A stretch of DNA of 64,000 bases, taken from contig CAXHJY010000107.1 of the NCBI GenBank assembly GCA_964016885.1, positions 38,208 through 102,207 on the forward strand, given 5' to 3'. Positions 57,997 through 64,000 of the stretch are shown here, in pieces. The position numbers and the translations under genes were made by a program. The notes beneath the pieces are model-generated. The model ran no database searches, had not been told where the DNA came from, and saw only the letters and a program-made list of their open reading frames with translations. The DNA is from Eledone cirrhosa (lineage: Eukaryota). Within the stretch, counting starts at the first letter, position 1. Every line of letters starts with the position of its first letter.

Positions 57997-60900
57997 CCTT
58001 GGACGGCTGAAAATTATCTCCCCTTGGACGGCTGGAAATTATCTCCCCTTGATTTTTTTACAAATTATCTCCCCCTGATTTTTTTTTTACAAATTATCTC
58101 CCCCTGATTTTTTTTTACAAATTATCTACCCCTGATTTTTTTTTACAAATTATCTCCCCCTGATTTTTTTTACGAATTATCTCCCCCTGATTTTTTTTTA
58201 CAAATTATCTCCCCCTGATTTTTTTAAATGTTATCTCTCCTTGGCTGGCGGGAAATTATCTCCCCTTGGACGGCTGGAAATTATCTCCCCTTGGAAGGAT
58301 GGAAATTATCTCCCCTTGGACGGCTGAAAATTATCTACCCCTGATTTTTTTTACAAATTATCTCCCCCTGATTTTTTTACAAATTATCTCCGCCTGATTT
58401 TTTTAAATGTTATCTCTCCTTGGCTGGCGGGAAATTATCTCCCCTTGGACGGCTGGAAATTATCTCCCCTTGGAAGGATGGAAATTATCTCCCCTTGGAC
58501 GGCTGAAAATTATCTACCCCTGATTTTTTTTACAAATTATCTCCCCCTGATTTTTTTTACAAATTATCTACCCCTGATTTTTTTTACAAATTATCTCCCC
58601 CTGATTTTTTTTACAAATTATCTCCCCCTGATTTTTTTTTACAAATTATCTCCCCCTGATTTTTTTTTTACAAATTATCTCCCCCTGATTTTTTTACAAA
58701 TTATCTCCCCCTGATTTTTTTTACAATCTCCGCCTGATTTTTTAAAAAATTATCTTCCCTTGGCTGACGGGAAATTATCTCCCCTTGGACGGCTGGAAAT
58801 TATCTCCCCTTGGAAGGATGGAAATTATCTCCACTTGGACGGCTGGAAATTATCTCCCCTTGCACGGCTGGAAATTATAGCCCCTTGGAGGGCTGGAAAT
58901 TATCTCCCCTTGATATTTTTTACAAATTATCTCCCCCTGATGTTTTTTTCAAATTATCTCCCCCTGATTTTTTTACAAATTATCTCCCCCCTGATTTTTT
59001 TACAAATTATCTCCCCTTGGCTGGCTGGAAATTATCTCCCCTTGGAGGCTGGAACTTATCTCCCCTTGGACGGCTAGAAATTACCTCTCCTTGGACGGCT
59101 GGAAAATATGTCTCCTTGGACGGCTGGATATTATCTCCCCTTGGACGGCTGGAAATTATCTCCCCTTGGACGGCTGGAAATTATCTCCCCTTGGATGGCT
59201 AGATATTACCTCCCCTTGGACGGCTGGAAATTATCTCCCCTTGATTTTTTTTACAAATTATCTCCCCCTGATTTTTTTTTACAAATTATCTCCCCCTGAT
59301 TTTTTTTTAAAAATTATCTCCCCCTGATTTTTGTTTACAAATTATCTCCGCCTGATTTTTTTTAAAAAATTATCTCCCCTTGGACGGCTGGAAATTATCT
59401 CCCCTTGGACGGCTAGAATTTACCTCTCCTTGGACGGCTGAAAATTATCTCCCCTTGGACGGCTGGAAATTATCTCCCCTTGATTTTTTTTACAAATTAT
59501 CTCCCCCTGATTTTTTTTTACAAATTATCTCCCCCTGATTTTTTTTTACAAATTATCTCCCCCTGATTTTTTTTTACAAATTATCTCCCCCTGATTTTTT
59601 TACAAATTATCTCCCCCTGATTTTTTTTACAAATTATCTCCGCCTGATTTTTTTAAATATTATCTCTCCTTGGCTGGCGGGAAATTATCTCCCCTTGGAC
59701 GGCTGGAAATTATCTCCCCTTGGAAGGATGGAAATTATCTCCCCTTGGACGGCTGGAAATTATCTACCCCTGATTTTTTTTACAAATTATCTTCCCCTGA
59801 TTTTTTTTTACAAATTATCTCCCCCTGATTTTTTTTTACAAATTATCTCCCCCTGATTTTTGTTTACAAATTATCTCCGCCTGATTTTTTTAAAAAAATT
59901 ATCTCCCCTTGGACGGCTGGAAATTATCTCCCCTTGGACGGCTAGAAATTACCTCCTTGGACGGCTGAAAATTATCTCCCCTTGGACGGCTGGAAATTAT
60001 CTCCTCTTGATTTTTTTACAAATTATCTCCCCCTGATTTTTTTTTTACAAATTATCTCCCCCTGATTTTTTTTTACAAATTATCTACCCCTGATTTTTTT
60101 TACAAATTATCTCCCCCTGATTTTTTTTACAAATTATCTCCCCCTGATTTTTTTTTTACAAATTATCTCCCCCTGATTTTTTTGCAAATTATCTCCCCCT
60201 GATTTTTTTTACAAATTATCTCCGCCTGATTTTTTTAAATGTTATCTCTCCTTGGCTGGCGGGAAATTATCTCCCCTTGGACGGCTGGAAATTATCTCCC
60301 CTTGGAAGGATGGAAATTATCTCCCCTTGGACGGCTGGAAATTATCTACCCCTGATTTTTTTTACAAATTATCTCCCCCTGATTTTTTTTACAAATTATC
60401 TCCCCCTGATTTTTTTTTACAAATTATCTACCCCTGATTTTTTTACAAATTATCTCCCCTTGGCTGGCTGGAAATTATCTCCCCTTGGACGGCTAGAAAT
60501 TACCTCTCCTTGGACGGCTGAAAATTATCTCCCCTTGGACGGCTGGAAATTATCTCCCCTTGATTTTTTTACAAATTATCACCCCCTGATTTTTTTTTTA
60601 CAAATTATCTCCCCCTGATTTTTTTTTACAAATTATCTCCCCCTGATTTTTGTTTACAAATTATCTCCGCCTGATTTTTTAAAAAAAATTATCTCCCCTT
60701 GGACGGCTGGAAATTATCTCCCCTTGGACGGCTAGAAATTACCTCTCCTTGGACGGCTGAAAATTATCTCCCCTTGGACGGCTGGAAATTATCTCCCCTT
60801 GATTTTTTTACAAATTATCTCCCCCTGATTTTTTTTTTACAAATTATCTCCCCCTGATTTTTTTTTACAAATTATCTACCCCTGATTTTTTTTTACAAAT

Positions 60901-62297
60901 TATCTCCCCCTGATTTTTTTTACAAATTATCTCCCCCTGATTTTTTTTTACAAATTATCTCCCCCTGATTTTTTTACAAATTATCTCCCCCTGATTTTTT
61001 TTACAAATTATCTCCGCCTGATTTTTTTAAATGTTATCTCTCCTTGGCTGGCGGGAAATTATCTCCCCTTGGACGGCTGGAAATTATCTCCCCTTGGAAG
61101 GATGGAAATTATCTCCCCTTGGACGGCTGAAAATTATCTACCCCTGATTTTTTTTACAAATTATCTCCCCCTGATTTTTTTTACAAATTATCTCCCCCTG
61201 ATTTTTTTTACAAATTATCTACCCCTGATTTTTTCTACAAATTATCTCCCCCTGATTTTTTTTACAAATTATCTCCCCCTGATTTTTTTTTTACAAATTA
61301 TCTCCCCCTGATTTTTTTACAAATTATCTCCCCCTGATTTTTTTTTTACAAATTATCTCCCCCTGATTTTTTTACAAATTATCTCCCCTTGGCTGGCTGG
61401 AAATTATCTCCCCTTGGAGGCTGGAACTTATCTCCCCTTGGACGGCTAGAAATTACCTCTCCTTGGACGGCTGGAAAATATGTCTCCTTGGACGGCTGGA
61501 TATTATCTCCCCTTGGACGGCTGGAAATTATCTCCCCTTGGACGGCTGGAAATTATCTCCCTTTGGATGGCTAGATATTACCTCCCCTTGGACGGCTGGA
61601 AATTATCTCCCCTTGATTTTTTTTACAAATTATCTCCCCCTGATTTTTTTTTACAAATTATCTCCCCCTGATTTTTTTTTACAAATTATCTCCCCCTGAT
61701 TTTTGTTTACAAATTATCTCCGCCTGATTTTTTTTTAAAAATTATCTCCCCTTGGACGGCTGGAAATTATCTCCCCTTGGACGGCTAGAAATTACCTCCT
61801 TGGACGGCTGAAAATTATCTCCCCTTGGACGGCTGGAAATTATCTCCCCTTGATTTTTTTACAAATTATCTCCCCCTGATTTTTTTTTTACAAATTATCT
61901 CCCCCTGATTTTTTTTTACAAATTATCTACCCCTGATTTTTTTTTACAAATCATCTCCCCCTGATTTTTTTTACAAATTATCTCCCCTGATTTTTTTTTA
62001 CAAATTATCTCCCCCTGATTTTTTTACAAATTATCTCCCCCTGATTTTTTTTACAAATTATCTCCGCCTGATTTTTTTAAATATTATCTCTCCTTGGCTG
62101 GCGGGAAATTATCTCCCCTTGGACGGCTGGAAATTATCTCCCCTTGGAAGGATGGAAATTATCTCCCCTTGGACGGCTGGAAATTATCTACCCCTGATTT
62201 TTTTTACAAATTATCTCCCACTGATTTTTTTACAAATTATCTCCCCCTGATTTTTTTTACAAATTATCTCCGCCTGATTTTTTTAAATGTTATCTCA

Positions 62298-62313
62298 ATA
62301 ATTTGTAAAAAAA
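62298..62313 (-). repeat. 16 bp inverted fragment of a satellite B T-type monomer at the right junction
   Basis: ATAATTTGTAAAAAAA is the exact reverse complement of TTTTTTTACAAATTAT (nearest copy 62252-62267). Its last 8 bases double as the satellite A TAAAAAAA preceding CGGGGCACCC. Confidence 0.85.
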
Positions 62314-64000
62314 CGGGGCACCCAAATAAAAAACGGACCCTCCCCATAAAAAAACGGGGCACCCAAATAAAAAACGGGACCCCCCCATAAAAAAACGGGG
62401 CACCCAAATAAAAAACGGACCCCCCCCATAAAAAAACGGGGCACCCAAATAAAAAACGGGGTACCCAAATAAAAAACGGACCCCCCCCATAAAAAAACGG
62501 GGCACCCAAATAAAAAACGGGACCCCCCAATAAAAAAACGGGGCACCCAAATAAAAAACGGACCCTCCCCATAAAAAAACGGGGCACCCAAATAAAAAAC
62601 GGGACCCCCCCATAAAAAAACGGGGCACCCAAATAAAAAACGGACCCCCCCCATAAAAAAACGGGGCACCCAAATAAAAAAACGGGGTACCCAGATAAAA
62701 AACGGACCCCCCCATAAAAAAACGGGGCACCCAAATAAAAAACGGGGCACCCAAATATAAAACGGGGCACCCAAATAAAAAACGGATCCCCCCCATAAAA
62801 AAACGGGGCACCCAAATAAAAAACGGGGCACCCAAATAAAAAACGGACCCCCCCCATAAAAAAACGGGGCACCCAAATAAAAAACGGGATACCCAAATAA
62901 AAAACGGACCCCCCCATAAAAAAACGGGGCACCCAAAAAAAAAACGGACCCCCCCCATAAAAAAACGGGGCACCCAAATAAAAAACGGACCCCCCCCATA
63001 AAAAAACGGGGCACCCAAATAAAATACGGGGTACCCAAATAAAAAACGGCCCCCCCCATAAAAAAACGGGGCACCCAAATAAAAAACGGGACCCCCCCCC
63101 ATAAAAAAACGGGGCACCCAAATAAAAAACGGACCCCCCCATAAAAAAACGGGGCACCCAAATAAAAAACGGACCCCCCCCATAAAAAAACGGGGCACCC
63201 AAATAAAAAACGGGGTACCCAAATAAAAAACGGCCCCCCCATAAAAAAACGGGGCACCCAAATAAAAAACGGACCCCCCCATAAAAAAACGGGGCACCCA
63301 AATAAAAAACGGGGTACCCAAATAAAAAACGGGGCACCCAAATAAAAAACGGACTCCCCCATAAAAAAACGGGGCACCCAAATAAAAAACGGGGCACCCA
63401 AATAAAAAACGGGGTACCCAAATAAAAAACGGGGCACCCAAATAAAAAACGGACCCCCCCCATAAAAAAACGGGGCACCCAAATAAAAAACGGACCCCCC
63501 CCCATAAAAAAACGGGGCACCCAAATAAAAAACGGGTTACCCAAATAAAAAACGGGGTACCCAGATAAAAAACGGCCCCCCCCATAAAAAAACGGGGCAC
63601 CCAAATAAAAAACGGGGCACCCAAATATAAAACGGGGCACCCAAATAAAAAACGGATCCCCCCCATAAAAAAACGGGGCACCCAAATAAAAAACGGGGCA
63701 CCCAAATAAAAAACGGACCCCCCCCATAAAAAAACGGGGCACCCAAATAAAAAACGGGGTACCCAAATAAAAAACGGACCCCCCCATAAAAAAACGGGGC
63801 ACCCAAATAAAAAACGGGACCCCCCCATAAAAAAACGGGGCACCCAAATAAAAAACGGACCCCCCCATAAAAAAACGGGGCACCCAAATAAAAAACGGGG
63901 TACCCAAATAAAAAACGGACCCCCCCCATAAAAAAACGGGGCACCCAAATAAAAAACGGGACACCCCCATAAAAAAACGGGGCACCCAAATAAAAAACGG
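62306..64000. repeat. Satellite A tandem array, right arm, same orientation as left arm; runs off the window end
   Basis: Same X/Y monomers and same diagnostic variants as the left arm (GGATCC at 62784, AAATATAAAAC near 62753, CCCAGATAA near 62690, GGACTCCCCC at 63351). Confidence 0.97.

Larger units (their letters stand above)
14353..62296. repeat. Satellite B tandem array (25-29 bp monomers, roughly 1800 copies) with higher-order structure
   Basis: Head-to-tail monomers with core AAATTATCTCCCC(C/T)TG followed by GACGGCTGG (G-type, 25 bp) or AT(7-10)AC (T-type, 26-29 bp), in alternating runs. One orientation throughout. Confidence 0.98.

Noticed and set aside
14440-62290. Poly-T tracts as intrinsic terminators; GGAAATTATCTCCCC as an NF-kB site
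   Set aside because: There is no GC stem before the T-tracts and no transcription unit. The spacing does not fit the GGGRNWYYCC consensus.
14353-62296. CRISPR-like appearance (constant core plus variable tail)
   Set aside because: The tails are only 9-13 bp, fall into two recurring classes rather than unique spacers, and there is no leader or cas gene.
14691-62390. Many short plus-strand ORFs (NYLPLIFFT / KLSPLGRLEIISPW repeats)
   Set aside because: These are translations of the 25-29 bp monomers. Frames shift with T-tract length, many starts are TTG, and no domain is recognisable. They were useful only as markers of duplication offsets.
62264-63989. Minus-strand ORFs of 150-573 aa over the right A arm
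   Set aside because: Same three-frame, stop-free artefact as in the left arm.
1-64000. Calling the region a functional centromere or naming the satellite family or organism
   Set aside because: This cannot be supported from sequence alone. I recognise no CENP-B box or known monomer; CENH3 ChIP and database searches are needed.

Overview
The whole 64 kb window is non-coding tandem satellite DNA, most likely eukaryotic heterochromatin; the organism cannot be identified from the sequence. I found no credible genes, RNA genes, transposases or CRISPR arrays. The layout is A-B-A. Satellite A (~20-21 bp monomers GGGGCACCCAAATAAAAAAC and GGAC(n)ATAAAAAAAC) occupies 1-14355 and resumes in the same orientation at 62306-64000. 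Satellite B (25-29 bp monomers sharing the core AAATTATCTCCCC(C/T)TG) fills the ~48 kb between them. The most notable feature is the pair of junctions. B is flanked by a direct repeat TAAAAAAA, and removing B plus one copy restores a perfect in-register satellite A sequence. The right end of B carries a 16 bp inverted copy of a B monomer fragment. This suggests one satellite inserted into another and then expanded. Both arrays show two-monomer ordering rules and nested kb-scale duplications (offsets 2002, 3123, 6448 and 9478 bp in B; 3386, 5153 and 9588 bp in A). All listed ORFs are artefacts of the repeats.
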